A stretch of DNA of 64,000 bases from Candidatus Omnitrophota bacterium (GTDB lineage: Bacteria > Omnitrophota > Gorgyraeia > Pluralincolimonadales > Pluralincolimonadaceae): assembly GCA_028716565.1 (NCBI GenBank), contig JAQUPL010000002.1, forward strand, positions 25,491 to 89,490, given 5' to 3'. The stretch's first letter is position 1. Each line of letters starts with the position of its first letter. The position numbers were made by a program, and so were the translations under genes. Shown piece after piece: positions 53,095 to 63,144 of the stretch. The notes under the pieces were generated by a model that was given only the letters and a program-made list of their open reading frames with translations, ran no database searches and was not told where the DNA came from.

Positions 53095-54555
53095 ATGATT
53101 TTAATAAATCCAAAATCAACGAAATTCGGGATATTTGAGAGGTACGTCCCGCTCAGCGTCCCTATCGGCGTGGGTTGTCTTGCCGCTTATCTCCTGCAGC
53201 ACGGCAGGAAGGTAGAGATAATAGACGAACACATCGAACCCCTGTCTAAAGAATTAATAGATAATGCGCTCGAAAGGGTTTCTCGGCCGTATATCTTCGG
53301 AATATCGACTTTAACCGCTTGCGCAAAAAGAAGTTATGATATTTCAAACAGGATAAAAACCTGGTATCCGGATTCGGTGATCGTTCTGGGCGGCATACAC
53401 CCGACCGTTCTTGCGGAAGAGGCGCTTGCGAACCGGGCGGTTGATTTTGCTGTAAGAGGGGAAGCGGAGAAGATCCTGCTCGAGTTGTATGACGCCGTAA
53501 AAAACAATGGTGATCATTCGCGGATAAGAGGACTGTCTTATAAAGACGGCGGCAAACCGGTACATAACCCGCCGGCAGATCTGCCCGACCTGGATGACTT
53601 CCCCGTTTTTCCCTATCACCTTTTCGAGAAGTACCTCGGAAAGTATAATTTCGGTTTCATAGCCAGCTCAAGAGGCTGTCCTTATGATTGCATATTTTGC
53701 AGCCAGAGGGCGATATCAGGCCAGAAGTTCCGTTATGTGCCGGAAAAGACCGTAATAGAAGAGATAGGCCTTCTTATTAATAAGTACGGGCAGACGCACA
53801 TTAATTTCGTCGACGACAACTTTACCGCGAACAAACAAAGGATATCCCGCCTATGCGAGCTGATGATAAAGAGCGGATTCCACAGGAAGGCGACCTTCGA
53901 TTGCCAGACGAGGGCCGACGCGGTCGACGACGAAATTTTAACATTGTTGAAAAAAGCAGGGTTCCGGGTGGTAAATTACGGCCTGGAAACGGCCTCGGAG
54001 AGGCTTATGGTAATGTTGAACAAGAAAGAGACGGTAGCTGAAAATATAGCCGCGGTAAAACTGGCGAAGAAACATGACTTCAAGGTCTCCGGGACTTTCA
54101 TTTTTGGCCTGCCGACGGAAACAAGAGAGGAGAGGTGGCAGGCTTACGAGTTAGCCAAGAAGCTGGACCTGGATTATGTCCGGTTTAATAACGCGACCCC
54201 TTATCCGGGCACGAGATTATACGAGATAGCGAAAGAGGAGGGGCGCCTGTTTGTGGAAGAGGGATGGACTAATCTGAATGCCTGCGCGTCGTTGGTCCAG
54301 GACTCCATGACGGAGTCGAAGCTGCCTTATGTGCCAAAAGGTTGCGACGAGAAAGAACTGAAGAAGGACATCATCAGGGCAAACCTGCTTTTTTCGCTCA
54401 GGCCCAAAAGGGTTTTTAGATTGCTGACCAAGAGAATAGGCCCCGCCGGCTGGTTTTATCTTCCCTCGCGGTGGTATTTAAGCTTTAAAGAATGGCGTTG
54501 TCTTATCAGGCTGGGATGGAGCTTATTGAACTCATTGGTGAAAATATACACATGA
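53095..54555 (+). CDS. Cobalamin-binding radical SAM protein (class B)
   Basis: 486 aa. N-terminal Rossmann-like B12-binding domain, then the radical SAM core CPYDCIFCSQ (CxxxCxxC). Confidence 0.85.
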   Translation: MILINPKSTKFGIFERYVPLSVPIGVGCLAAYLLQHGRKVEIIDEHIEPLSKELIDNALERVSRPYIFGISTLTACAKRSYDISNRIKTWYPDSVIVLGGIHPTVLAEEALANRAVDFAVRGEAEKILLELYDAVKNNGDHSRIRGLSYKDGGKPVHNPPADLPDLDDFPVFPYHLFEKYLGKYNFGFIASSRGCPYDCIFCSQRAISGQKFRYVPEKTVIEEIGLLINKYGQTHINFVDDNFTANKQRISRLCELMIKSGFHRKATFDCQTRADAVDDEILTLLKKAGFRVVNYGLETASERLMVMLNKKETVAENIAAVKLAKKHDFKVSGTFIFGLPTETREERWQAYELAKKLDLDYVRFNNATPYPGTRLYEIAKEEGRLFVEEGWTNLNACASLVQDSMTESKLPYVPKGCDEKELKKDIIRANLLFSLRPKRVFRLLTKRIGPAGWFYLPSRWYLSFKEWRCLIRLGWSLLNSLVKIYT

Positions 54556-56831
54556 AAATAAGCGGAAGAGCCAAAGAAACTTTGGCCGTGGCGGCGGTTT
54601 TGCTTGGCGTGATCGTCCTGCAATGGAACCTATGGGTTACCGGCAAGCGCATGGTCAGCCACGACAGCATCGTATGGTATGGCGTTTTTTCGTATTTTGC
54701 CGATTGCCTTCAGGGGGGGGTCTTGCCTCTCTGGAACCCGTATATGAATTGCGGCGAAATATTCTTTTTAAACATAAACGTCCTTCATTTGTGGGATCCT
54801 TCCACGTTGTTTTTGATATTTGCCGGGAAATTACTTAGGGTGAATACGTTGACGGTTTATCATTACGATCTACTGGTCCGCTACCTGATCTTCATTTCCG
54901 GAAGTTACTTTTTTTTCAGGCTGGTGGCAAAATACAAATTCAGCGCTTTCGCCGCTTTTATAACCCTCTCCTTTTCGGTGCTTTACAGCTCGTACCTGAA
55001 GCAGCACGGCCTTATACTCTGTTTTTACCAGCTTCCCTGGATAGTTTTCCTCACTTTCAAGTTTTTAGAAAAAAAGGACCCCGTATTGCTTTTGTGGCTG
55101 GCCCTTTTCTGGGGAGTCACGGTCTATTCGGGGTATCACGCGGTGTATATCCTATCGTCCGTCGCCGTATTGCTAGCGTCTGTTTTTTTGTCAAAAGGCC
55201 TCGCGTTCCCGAAGGGCGGCGGTTTTATGGAAAAGCGCGGGATTGCCTTTGCGGCCATCGCCATATTTTTACTGTTGTCGGCCAATTTAATACCGGCTTT
55301 TTTGGCATATGTCAAAGATACCGTACCGTCCGTGAGGCTCTTCGAAGCCCCGATGGCGGCAAATTCCCTTCCGGCCGATTTTTTTACTTTATTTGCGCCG
55401 TATTCTTTCGCGTTGCATTTTGAGCAGCTTTATTTTAATTCGATCCCCATGTCGGAGTCGTTTTTGTACATCGGCCTGATCCCTCTTTTTTTCGCTATAG
55501 TAGGCTTATTGTATTCCCGGCAAAGGTACAGAGTCGGTTTCGCCGCCACTTTATGCATAACGGCGCTATTGATGCTGGGTCCCAGGTTCCTTGTGTCGAA
55601 ATTCTTGTTGGACTTCATCCCGTTCTTTAATATAGTGAGAAATACCCACATCTTCGGCACATTTTTTATTTTTTGCCTGGTTTATTTCACGTGTCTCGGC
55701 GTAGACGTGGTATTAGGACTGGCGGAAAACTCGGCGTTAAAACGTTACGAAAAACGGTTTTTATTGATCGCGGCCGTCATCGGTGCGGCAGCCTTTTTTA
55801 TCACCCGTTATGTGCTGGAGAATTATGCTGCCCCGTTACAGGAATTTCCCGAACGTTATAAAGAATTATCTTTGATAGCAGGCCAGGATCTAGCCGCGAT
55901 GCTGACATCGATATTTTGCAGGTCTTATTATGGCGCCCTTTTATTCATCGTTTCCATAGCGGTAGTTTTTTATGTTATAGGAAAGCCGAAAGCGGGCTTA
56001 AAGTTTAAATATTTCACGCTAATCTCCTTGATCCTTATCGACCTTCTCGTTTTTAATCTGGTGATGTACGGGTTCACGACCACGCAAAGGGTAGACATGT
56101 CTTTGTGGCCCAAGGAAAAGGCCCCATACAGCAATTACAGGATAACCGCCATACGGCCGAAATATCCCTTTTTGGGTTTCGCCCCGGCGCTGCAGAGAAG
56201 GTTTGCCGCCGTGAGCCCGAGGGTACCGTGGCTAACGACGCACTTTTATGAAATGAAAGATTTTTATAATTTCGCGAATAACGGTCAAATCCCGGCGGAG
56301 GTAAAGAAAGTTTTTATGGGAGTGACCGCCCCGAAAATAAAGCTCGTAAAAGGCGCCGCCGTTTTACCTGTCGACCGCCAGATAGAGGAATGCAAAAAAT
56401 TAGACGATAAGTCAATGAACGGCGTAATGTTTATCGAGGAAGACCCGCCCGCAAGATTCATGAACCTGAAAATTTCACCGAAAAAAATGGGCAATGCCAA
56501 TATCGGGAACGGGGCGATAAGGCTTTTGGAATTCGGCCCAAACAGCATACTCCTGCAAGTAAATTCCGAAGAGGACGCCTTTCTTTATTACAGCGACGGA
56601 TACGATAGGTCGTGGAGAGTTTTTGTAGACGGCAAGGAAAACAAGGTTTATAGGGCCAATATGGCGTTTAAATCCGCCATCATCGAAAAAGGCGGCCATA
56701 TCGTATATTTTATATATGACCCCAGGCTTTACAGGATCGCCTTATTATGTTATTTTGCGGGGATCATTACGGCGGCGATCGCGCTCATCCTCGCGTCGTT
56801 TAAACGGCGCGGCGAAGTACACGGCAATTAA
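54552..56831 (+). CDS. YfhO-family polytopic membrane protein (GT-C-like glycosyltransferase)
   Basis: About 760 aa from the Met at 54552 (ATGA overlap with the preceding gene). The N-terminal region DSIVWYGVFSYFADCLQGGVLPLWNPYMNCGEIFF parallels the conserved YfhO N-terminal loop. About 13 TM helices plus a C-terminal soluble domain and a final TM. Confidence 0.6.
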   Translation: MKISGRAKETLAVAAVLLGVIVLQWNLWVTGKRMVSHDSIVWYGVFSYFADCLQGGVLPLWNPYMNCGEIFFLNINVLHLWDPSTLFLIFAGKLLRVNTLTVYHYDLLVRYLIFISGSYFFFRLVAKYKFSAFAAFITLSFSVLYSSYLKQHGLILCFYQLPWIVFLTFKFLEKKDPVLLLWLALFWGVTVYSGYHAVYILSSVAVLLASVFLSKGLAFPKGGGFMEKRGIAFAAIAIFLLLSANLIPAFLAYVKDTVPSVRLFEAPMAANSLPADFFTLFAPYSFALHFEQLYFNSIPMSESFLYIGLIPLFFAIVGLLYSRQRYRVGFAATLCITALLMLGPRFLVSKFLLDFIPFFNIVRNTHIFGTFFIFCLVYFTCLGVDVVLGLAENSALKRYEKRFLLIAAVIGAAAFFITRYVLENYAAPLQEFPERYKELSLIAGQDLAAMLTSIFCRSYYGALLFIVSIAVVFYVIGKPKAGLKFKYFTLISLILIDLLVFNLVMYGFTTTQRVDMSLWPKEKAPYSNYRITAIRPKYPFLGFAPALQRRFAAVSPRVPWLTTHFYEMKDFYNFANNGQIPAEVKKVFMGVTAPKIKLVKGAAVLPVDRQIEECKKLDDKSMNGVMFIEEDPPARFMNLKISPKKMGNANIGNGAIRLLEFGPNSILLQVNSEEDAFLYYSDGYDRSWRVFVDGKENKVYRANMAFKSAIIEKGGHIVYFIYDPRLYRIALLCYFAGIITAAIALILASFKRRGEVHGN

Positions 56832-56849
56832 TAGCCGGAAGGACGCTGA

Positions 56850-58265
56850 ATGAAGGTCTGTTTTGTCCAGAAGCAGATGTTCCCGTATTTTGGGGTCATG
56901 GCGGTCTCCGGGCAGCTAAAGAAGCGCGGACACGAAACGGATATCGTAATAGACGTTTGCGAAAAAGACGCTGTTTCCGCATTAAATAAAACTAAACCGG
57001 ATTTGATCGCCTTTTCCGCGTTGTCATCAGAGCACAACTGGCTCAGGAAGCTATCCGCCGGATTAAAGAGGCAAATGCCCGCTGTGCCCATAGCCGTCGG
57101 CGGCGTTCATTCTATCCTGTATCCGGAAGAGATCTTGGCGCTGTCCGGCGTCGATTATGTATGCTGCGGGGAAGGGGAATCTTCGTTTGCAGAACTCGTA
57201 GACCGCATCGCGCAGAAGAAATCGGCCGCTGGCATCCCCGGGATCTTTTATAAAGAAGGCGGGAATCCCGTAATGCAGGACGTCGCGCCCATAACCCGGG
57301 AGCTGGATTCGTTTTTTGAGGACCGGCACCTATACTATGAAAAATATCCCGAACTCGGCAAGCTCGCTTTAAAGGTTTTTATGTCTTCGCGCGGATGCCC
57401 GTTTTTGTGTTCTTTTTGCGCGAATAGCTATATTATGGAGGTTTTCAAGGGCAAGGGGGAATATATACGGAGAAAATCGCCGCAACATTTCGTCGAGGAG
57501 ATAAAACGCGTCGTTGCCGAATACCCCACCACCTCGCTGTTTTTTGCCGACGACCTTTTTGCCGCGGATATCCGCTGGCTCGAAGCATTCAGCCCTTTGT
57601 ATAGGAAAGAAGTCAGCCTTCCCTATATATGCACGGCCCGGATTGACCTGATAACGGAACGCCTTGCCGGCCTTCTCGCCGGATCCGGGTGTCATACCGT
57701 AAGTTTTGGCGTCGAAACGGGAAATGAACAATTGCGCAGGGAAATTCTCAAGAAAAACATCAGTAATAAACGCATATTTGACGGCGTGGGCATTATCAGG
57801 AAGGCCGGGATCAAAGTGCAGACTTCGAATATGTTCTGTTTGCCGGGCGAAACGGTCGATGATGCGGTATCGACAATAGATTTAAATATCGCCGGCGGGA
57901 CCGATTATATGTTTACGGCGGTCTTTTTGCCGTTTCCCAAGACTGCCTTGGCTCAGTATTGCATAGATAAGGGGTTGCTGAAAAAAGATTATTCTTTCGA
58001 CGATATGCCGAATTCGTTCATTCAGGATTCAGTGCTGTCCCTGGATAACAAGGAAGCCCTGCTTAACATCCATAAGGTGGCCCATCTCTGCGTGCGGTTT
58101 CCCCGGGCGAAACCGTTTTTGATATATCTCGCAAAAAAGATCAAGTGTAAGCAGTTGTTCCTGCTTTTCTGGCTGTTGGGTACTTTTATCAGGTTCAAGG
58201 AGGAGAGGAAACTTAGCTTATGGAAGACGACATTTTACCTTTGGGAATACAGGAGAGGCCTATGA
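56850..58265 (+). CDS. Cobalamin-binding radical SAM protein (class B), second copy
   Basis: 471 aa. B12-binding N-domain and CPFLCSFCAN radical SAM motif. Paralogous architecture to 53095-54555, but low sequence identity. Confidence 0.85.
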   Translation: MKVCFVQKQMFPYFGVMAVSGQLKKRGHETDIVIDVCEKDAVSALNKTKPDLIAFSALSSEHNWLRKLSAGLKRQMPAVPIAVGGVHSILYPEEILALSGVDYVCCGEGESSFAELVDRIAQKKSAAGIPGIFYKEGGNPVMQDVAPITRELDSFFEDRHLYYEKYPELGKLALKVFMSSRGCPFLCSFCANSYIMEVFKGKGEYIRRKSPQHFVEEIKRVVAEYPTTSLFFADDLFAADIRWLEAFSPLYRKEVSLPYICTARIDLITERLAGLLAGSGCHTVSFGVETGNEQLRREILKKNISNKRIFDGVGIIRKAGIKVQTSNMFCLPGETVDDAVSTIDLNIAGGTDYMFTAVFLPFPKTALAQYCIDKGLLKKDYSFDDMPNSFIQDSVLSLDNKEALLNIHKVAHLCVRFPRAKPFLIYLAKKIKCKQLFLLFWLLGTFIRFKEERKLSLWKTTFYLWEYRRGL

Positions 58266-60154
58266 AGAGGATAGACGCGTTTTGCCTGAAGTTCGCGGAT
58301 CGCCTGGTATGGGCATCTATTTTGGCTTATATCCTGGCCTTCGGATGCCTGTGTTTCTTAAAATACCAGTCTTTTAATTATACAGATTGGGATTTAGCCA
58401 GCGATGCGGTCGTCTTTTGGAACAGCGTCCACGGCAAACTGCTGTATTTCCCGTTTTTGGAAGAGGTGATTTTCGGGGCTCATCTGTACCTGATAATGTT
58501 TTTGATCATGCCGATATATGCGGTTTTCCAGAGCCCGTTGACGATCCTGTTTTTGCAAAGCGCGTTCCTGGGATTAGCGGCATACCCGCTGTATCTTTTG
58601 GCAGGGACCAGGCTGAACAAGACCTTTTCACTGGCCGTGGTCCTGGCCTACCTGTTATATCCCGCGCTGGGTTTCGCCAATCTTTTTGAGACACATTTTG
58701 ACACATACGAGATCTTTTTTCTTTTCTTCGCTTTGTATTATTTTGAAAAAGGTAATTTTAAAAGATTCCTCATTTGCATATTCTTGACGTTGCTCTGCAA
58801 AGAAAACGCAAGCCTGATCGTATTCATGATGGGCATATACGCGATGGCGCGAAGAAAGCAGGGGAAGTGGGTTTTTGTGCCCTTATTAGCCGGCGCTATC
58901 TGGTTTTTAGTATCGGTGAAAATGATAATCCCGTACTTCGCGAAAGACGCGGATTTATATCCCGGAGGTTTTATATTCGGTTCCCATTACAGGCACCTGG
59001 GTACCAACCTGGCCGAAATGGTTAAGACGATGATCCTGCACCCGATAGGGGTTGCGGCGTACGCATTTACCCCCAGGAAAATACTGTATCTTATCCAACT
59101 GTTTTTGCCGGTCGGATTTTTGGGTTTATTAAGCCCGCTGCCTTTGCTGGTCATTATCCCGATCCTGATGCAGAATTTGCTGGCTTCGCCGGTAACTGTC
59201 GCGTCGATCTATTTCCACTACACCGCGATAATGATCCCTTTCATATTTTTTTCGGTTATATGCGGGCTTAATAAACTGGCGCGCTATGGGCCCATTGCCG
59301 GACATCAGGCGAAGCTGTTATTCTGTTTTTTGGGGTTCGTTGTTTTTTCAGGCATATATTTACAGGCCCCGCAATTTAACTTAGCGTGGCATGTGTCCCG
59401 GTATCAAGCCGGGGATTATAGCAGGGAAAAAGAAAAACTGGTCAAGGCGATACCGGGTGATACTTCCGCGATAGCGACTTTTCAGTTTTTGCCCAAGCTA
59501 TCTAACAGGCACGATCTCTATTCGATGCATTTTGTGTCGACCGGGCACAAGATGTATACGAATGTGAAATACGAACCGCCGGAGAACCTTCAATATGCGC
59601 TCATAGATTTCAACGAGCCTCTTATGATAGCAGCCTTCTTCCCGCCATCCGCCCCGGGCAACATCCGCTCTTTCCTAGAAGCCGGGGACTGGAGGGTTGT
59701 AAGGGCCTTTAATGACACCGTCCTGTTCGGAAAGGGCAGTGATAAGGGCCCAAGGCTCTGCGAGGCGGTCATCAATCCCAAGATACAGTACCCGATGAAC
59801 GTGGACCTGAACAAAGAGATCGTCTTCCTGGGCTATGATATCGTAGATGACGACGCGCCGGGCAGCGGGCTGTTGCATATGGTATATTACTGGAAGAGGA
59901 TAAAAGGCAATAGCAGGCCCGAGGGATTTTTCATCCAGTTCTCGGACGCCAACGGCAACGCCAGGTTCAGGAACGAGCACATGTTTGGTTACAGGGCATA
60001 CCTGCGGGACGAATGGAAACCGGGCCAGATCGTAAAGGAGCACAATTACATACTGATCCCCTCGGGGCTGGACAAAGGAGATTATGGAATCAGCTTCGGC
60101 CCGTTCGTCTTCGAGAAAGACCTTGACCAAACGGAGAAGGCAGATGCCAAATAA
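58262..60154 (+). CDS. DUF2079-like polytopic membrane protein (putative GT-C-type glycosyltransferase)
   Basis: About 630 aa from the Met at 58262 (ATGA overlap with the preceding gene). The N-terminal conserved block DWDLASDAVVFWNSVHGKLLY...GAHLYLIMFLIMPIYAVFQSPLTILFLQSAFLGLAAYPLYLLA resembles DUF2079. Many TM helices and a C-terminal soluble domain of about 190 aa. Confidence 0.55.
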   Translation: MKRIDAFCLKFADRLVWASILAYILAFGCLCFLKYQSFNYTDWDLASDAVVFWNSVHGKLLYFPFLEEVIFGAHLYLIMFLIMPIYAVFQSPLTILFLQSAFLGLAAYPLYLLAGTRLNKTFSLAVVLAYLLYPALGFANLFETHFDTYEIFFLFFALYYFEKGNFKRFLICIFLTLLCKENASLIVFMMGIYAMARRKQGKWVFVPLLAGAIWFLVSVKMIIPYFAKDADLYPGGFIFGSHYRHLGTNLAEMVKTMILHPIGVAAYAFTPRKILYLIQLFLPVGFLGLLSPLPLLVIIPILMQNLLASPVTVASIYFHYTAIMIPFIFFSVICGLNKLARYGPIAGHQAKLLFCFLGFVVFSGIYLQAPQFNLAWHVSRYQAGDYSREKEKLVKAIPGDTSAIATFQFLPKLSNRHDLYSMHFVSTGHKMYTNVKYEPPENLQYALIDFNEPLMIAAFFPPSAPGNIRSFLEAGDWRVVRAFNDTVLFGKGSDKGPRLCEAVINPKIQYPMNVDLNKEIVFLGYDIVDDDAPGSGLLHMVYYWKRIKGNSRPEGFFIQFSDANGNARFRNEHMFGYRAYLRDEWKPGQIVKEHNYILIPSGLDKGDYGISFGPFVFEKDLDQTEKADAK

Positions 60155-61085
60155 GGTATTGATCATAAAATTAGGTTATTCGGAGACCCTTGACCAGGAG
60201 ATAGGCACGACCACGAGCCTGGGAGATGTCCTGAGGACGACCGTCATCTTGAATTATTTTAAAGGTAGAGACGTTACCTGGCTTGTGGACGAGAAGGCCT
60301 ATCCTCTGCTTGACGGCAATCCCCGCATAAAAAGGATACTTATTTTCGGGCCCGAGTCGGTGTTACAGCTTCAGCGCGAGCGGTTCGATACGGTGATCAA
60401 TCTCGAAAAAGGGCCGGCCATCTGCGCGCTTTCAGATTCGGTGAACGCGCGGAAGAGGTTCGGGTTCAGGTTTGACCCGGCAAAAGGCGCCGCGCAGGCG
60501 CATAACGGCGCGGAGATGGTATTAAGCCTGTGCCTTGACCTTGAGAAGAAAAAAGAGAACTTAAAGTTTTGGCAGGACGCACTCGCTTCGATGATAGGAA
60601 AGAGATGGTCCGAGGGCGAAAAATATATACTTGGGTATAAGCCGCGTTCTAAGGTAAAATATGATATAGGCTTTAATTGGGTCGTGGGGGATAAATGGCC
60701 GAATAAGGCATGGCCCAAAAGGAACTGGCAGAAGCTCGGGAAATTATTAAAAGGCAAATACAGCGTCTGCTGGCAGAAGGGGCTCGGCGATCTCGACGAA
60801 TATATGGATTGGATAAATTCTTGCCGGCTTATCGTTACCAATGACAGCCTGGGGATGCATCTGGCGATTGCCCTAAGAAAGAAGATGATCGCGCTTTTCG
60901 GGCCCAGCTCTTCGAAAGAAGTCTGTCTTTACGAAAGAGGGGTAAAGCTTATGCCGAAGTCGCCGTATAAATGCGCGCCGTGCCTCAATTCCGTATGCGT
61001 CCAAAAGGTCAATTGCATGGAATATATCACGCCGGAAGCGGTAAAGGAAGAGATCGTAAAGATGCTCCCGGCCAAGAGGAGATAG
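60144..61085 (+). CDS. Glycosyltransferase family 9 (ADP-heptose:LPS heptosyltransferase-like)
   Basis: About 313 aa from MPNKVLIIKLGY. N-terminal KVLIIKLGYSETLDQEIGTTTSLGDVL and C-terminal LIVTNDSLGMHLAIAL match the GT9 two-Rossmann pattern. Confidence 0.7.
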   Translation: MPNKVLIIKLGYSETLDQEIGTTTSLGDVLRTTVILNYFKGRDVTWLVDEKAYPLLDGNPRIKRILIFGPESVLQLQRERFDTVINLEKGPAICALSDSVNARKRFGFRFDPAKGAAQAHNGAEMVLSLCLDLEKKKENLKFWQDALASMIGKRWSEGEKYILGYKPRSKVKYDIGFNWVVGDKWPNKAWPKRNWQKLGKLLKGKYSVCWQKGLGDLDEYMDWINSCRLIVTNDSLGMHLAIALRKKMIALFGPSSSKEVCLYERGVKLMPKSPYKCAPCLNSVCVQKVNCMEYITPEAVKEEIVKMLPAKRR

Positions 61086-61086
61086 C

Positions 61087-62154
61087 GTGGAAGACCGTTT
61101 CAGGATAGACGGACATAAATTGATGTTCCATATCGGGAGGGTCGATGACTGGCTGAAAGGCAAGCAGGTAAGCCCGATATATCTGGAGATCGCTCCTTCG
61201 GGCGCCTGCAACCACAGGTGCGTCTTTTGCGCGGTCGACTACCTGGGGTATAAAGCCAGGTTCCTGGATCTGAATGTCTTGAAGAAAACGGTCAGGCAGG
61301 CAGGCGGGCTCGGCGTCAAGAGCGTGATGTATGCGGGAGAAGGGGAGCCGCTGCTCTATAAGGACATATGCGAGATAATAAAATACACGAAAGGCCGGGG
61401 GATAGATGTCGCCGTCACGACGAACGGGGCCCTTCTCAATAAGGAAATTTCACGAAAGATCTTAAAATACCTTACCTGGATCAGGATAAGCCTTAACGCG
61501 GGCACGGCCGGGACCTATTCCAAAATACACCGCACAAGGAAAGAGGATTTTTACAAAGTGATGGAGAACCTCCGCGAAGCGGTGAAGATAAAAAGGAATG
61601 GAAAGCTAAAGACGACCATAGGCGTCCAATTATTGTTGATACCGGGCAACGTCAAAGAGGTCGCTGCCCTCGCGCGGATATTAAAAAAGACAGGCGTCGA
61701 TTATTTGACGGTCAAGCCTTATTCCCAGCATCCCTTAAGCGGGTCGCGCATAAATCCCGGATTCAGGCATAAAGACCATATTTCACTATATGAAAAACTG
61801 CGCGGCCTTGAGGACGACAGGTTTAAAATATCGTTCAGGGACGAGACGATGAAAAGATTGAGATCTGGAAAGGAATACGCGCGCTGCCTGGGGCTCCCGT
61901 TCTGGGCTTATATCGACGCGAACGGGGAAGTATACGCCTGCAGCGCTTTTCTGGGGAAAAAGGGATACAGTTTCGGCAATATTTATAAGAACAGTTTTGA
62001 GGATATAATCAAAGGCAGGCGCAGGAGAGCCGTAATGGCAAAGATTAGCTCAAAGACGGACGTCGAGAAATGCCGCCGGGCCTGCCGGCTGGACAAAATC
62101 AACAGTTACCTCTGGGAATTGAGCAATCCCGGACCGCACGTAAATTTCATTTAA
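61087..62154 (+). CDS. Radical SAM protein with C-terminal SPASM/twitch-like Cys-rich domain
   Basis: 355 aa. CNHRCVFCA radical SAM motif. C-terminal CLGLPFWAYIDANGEVYACS...C..AC auxiliary-cluster-like region. Confidence 0.8.
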   Translation: MEDRFRIDGHKLMFHIGRVDDWLKGKQVSPIYLEIAPSGACNHRCVFCAVDYLGYKARFLDLNVLKKTVRQAGGLGVKSVMYAGEGEPLLYKDICEIIKYTKGRGIDVAVTTNGALLNKEISRKILKYLTWIRISLNAGTAGTYSKIHRTRKEDFYKVMENLREAVKIKRNGKLKTTIGVQLLLIPGNVKEVAALARILKKTGVDYLTVKPYSQHPLSGSRINPGFRHKDHISLYEKLRGLEDDRFKISFRDETMKRLRSGKEYARCLGLPFWAYIDANGEVYACSAFLGKKGYSFGNIYKNSFEDIIKGRRRRAVMAKISSKTDVEKCRRACRLDKINSYLWELSNPGPHVNFI

Positions 62155-62155
62155 G

Positions 62156-63142
62156 GTGAAGATGGCAAGACAGGGCAGAGGCCGCGACCTGATACAGATA
62201 TATGAGACGATGCTCAGGATTCGTCTTTTCGAGGAGAGGGTCATCCGTTCATATCCCGGGCAGGAAATGAAGACGCCGGTCCACCTATGCGTGGGCCAGG
62301 AGGCTGTCGCAGCCGGCGTCTGCCGTAACCTGACAGACAAAGATTATGTTTTTACAAATCATCGCTGTCACGGCCATTGCCTGGCGAAGGGCATGAGCAT
62401 GTCTTCTATCCTGGCCGAGCTTTACGGGAAGCGGACGGGGTGTTGCAAAGGGAAGAGCGGTTCCATGCACCTCTCGGATCCGGATAGAGGCATCCTCGCG
62501 ACCTCGGCCATCGTCGGCGGGAACATCCCGGTCGCGGTAGGCGCGGCATTAAGTTTAAAATTCAGGAAGAGCAGGAATATCGCGGTCGTCTTCTTCGGCG
62601 ACGGAGCGGTAGACGAAGGAGCGTTCTACGAAAGCCTTAATTTCTCCGCACTGAAAAAATTACCGGTCTTGTTCGTTTGCGAGAACAATTTCTATGCCAC
62701 AAATTCCCCGCAGAAAGCAAGGCAGCCGGTGGATAACATATTTAAAAGGGGCGGGATATTCGGAATAAAGGGTTTTCGCTGCGACGGCAACGACGCAGTA
62801 GAAGTATTCGATCTTTCTAAGGGCCTGATCGAAAAGATAAGGAAAGGCTCTGGGCCGTATCTTATGGAATGCCGGACTTACCGTTGGAAGGGGCATGTCG
62901 GGCCGGATTGCGATTTTGAAAAAGGTTGCCGCCCCAAGTATGAGCTGGATGGCTGGGTCAGGAAGTGTCCGGTGAAGAGACTCGAAGATAAGTTATCGAG
63001 AAAAGGGTTATTGACCGGGTCCGGGGCCGAGAAGATGCGCGTTAAGATCGAAAGAGAGATATCAAAGGCGGAGAATTTTGCCAAGAGAAGCCGTTTTCCG
63101 AATACAGGGGAACTCTATGAAGATGTTTACTGGAAGGGATAG
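62156..63142 (+). CDS. Thiamine-diphosphate-dependent dehydrogenase E1 component, alpha subunit
   Basis: 328 aa. TPP-binding motif VVFFGDGAVDEGAFYESLNFSALKKLPVLFVCENNFYA. Confidence 0.9.
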   Translation: MKMARQGRGRDLIQIYETMLRIRLFEERVIRSYPGQEMKTPVHLCVGQEAVAAGVCRNLTDKDYVFTNHRCHGHCLAKGMSMSSILAELYGKRTGCCKGKSGSMHLSDPDRGILATSAIVGGNIPVAVGAALSLKFRKSRNIAVVFFGDGAVDEGAFYESLNFSALKKLPVLFVCENNFYATNSPQKARQPVDNIFKRGGIFGIKGFRCDGNDAVEVFDLSKGLIEKIRKGSGPYLMECRTYRWKGHVGPDCDFEKGCRPKYELDGWVRKCPVKRLEDKLSRKGLLTGSGAEKMRVKIEREISKAENFAKRSRFPNTGELYEDVYWKG

Positions 63143-63144
63143 CC

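Noticed and set aside
55670-55700. Possible third parS at ~55681 (GTTTATTTCACGTGTCTCGG)
   Set aside because: Only one half-site (TTTCACGTG) matches. The other arm is unrelated, so this is not a palindromic ParB site.
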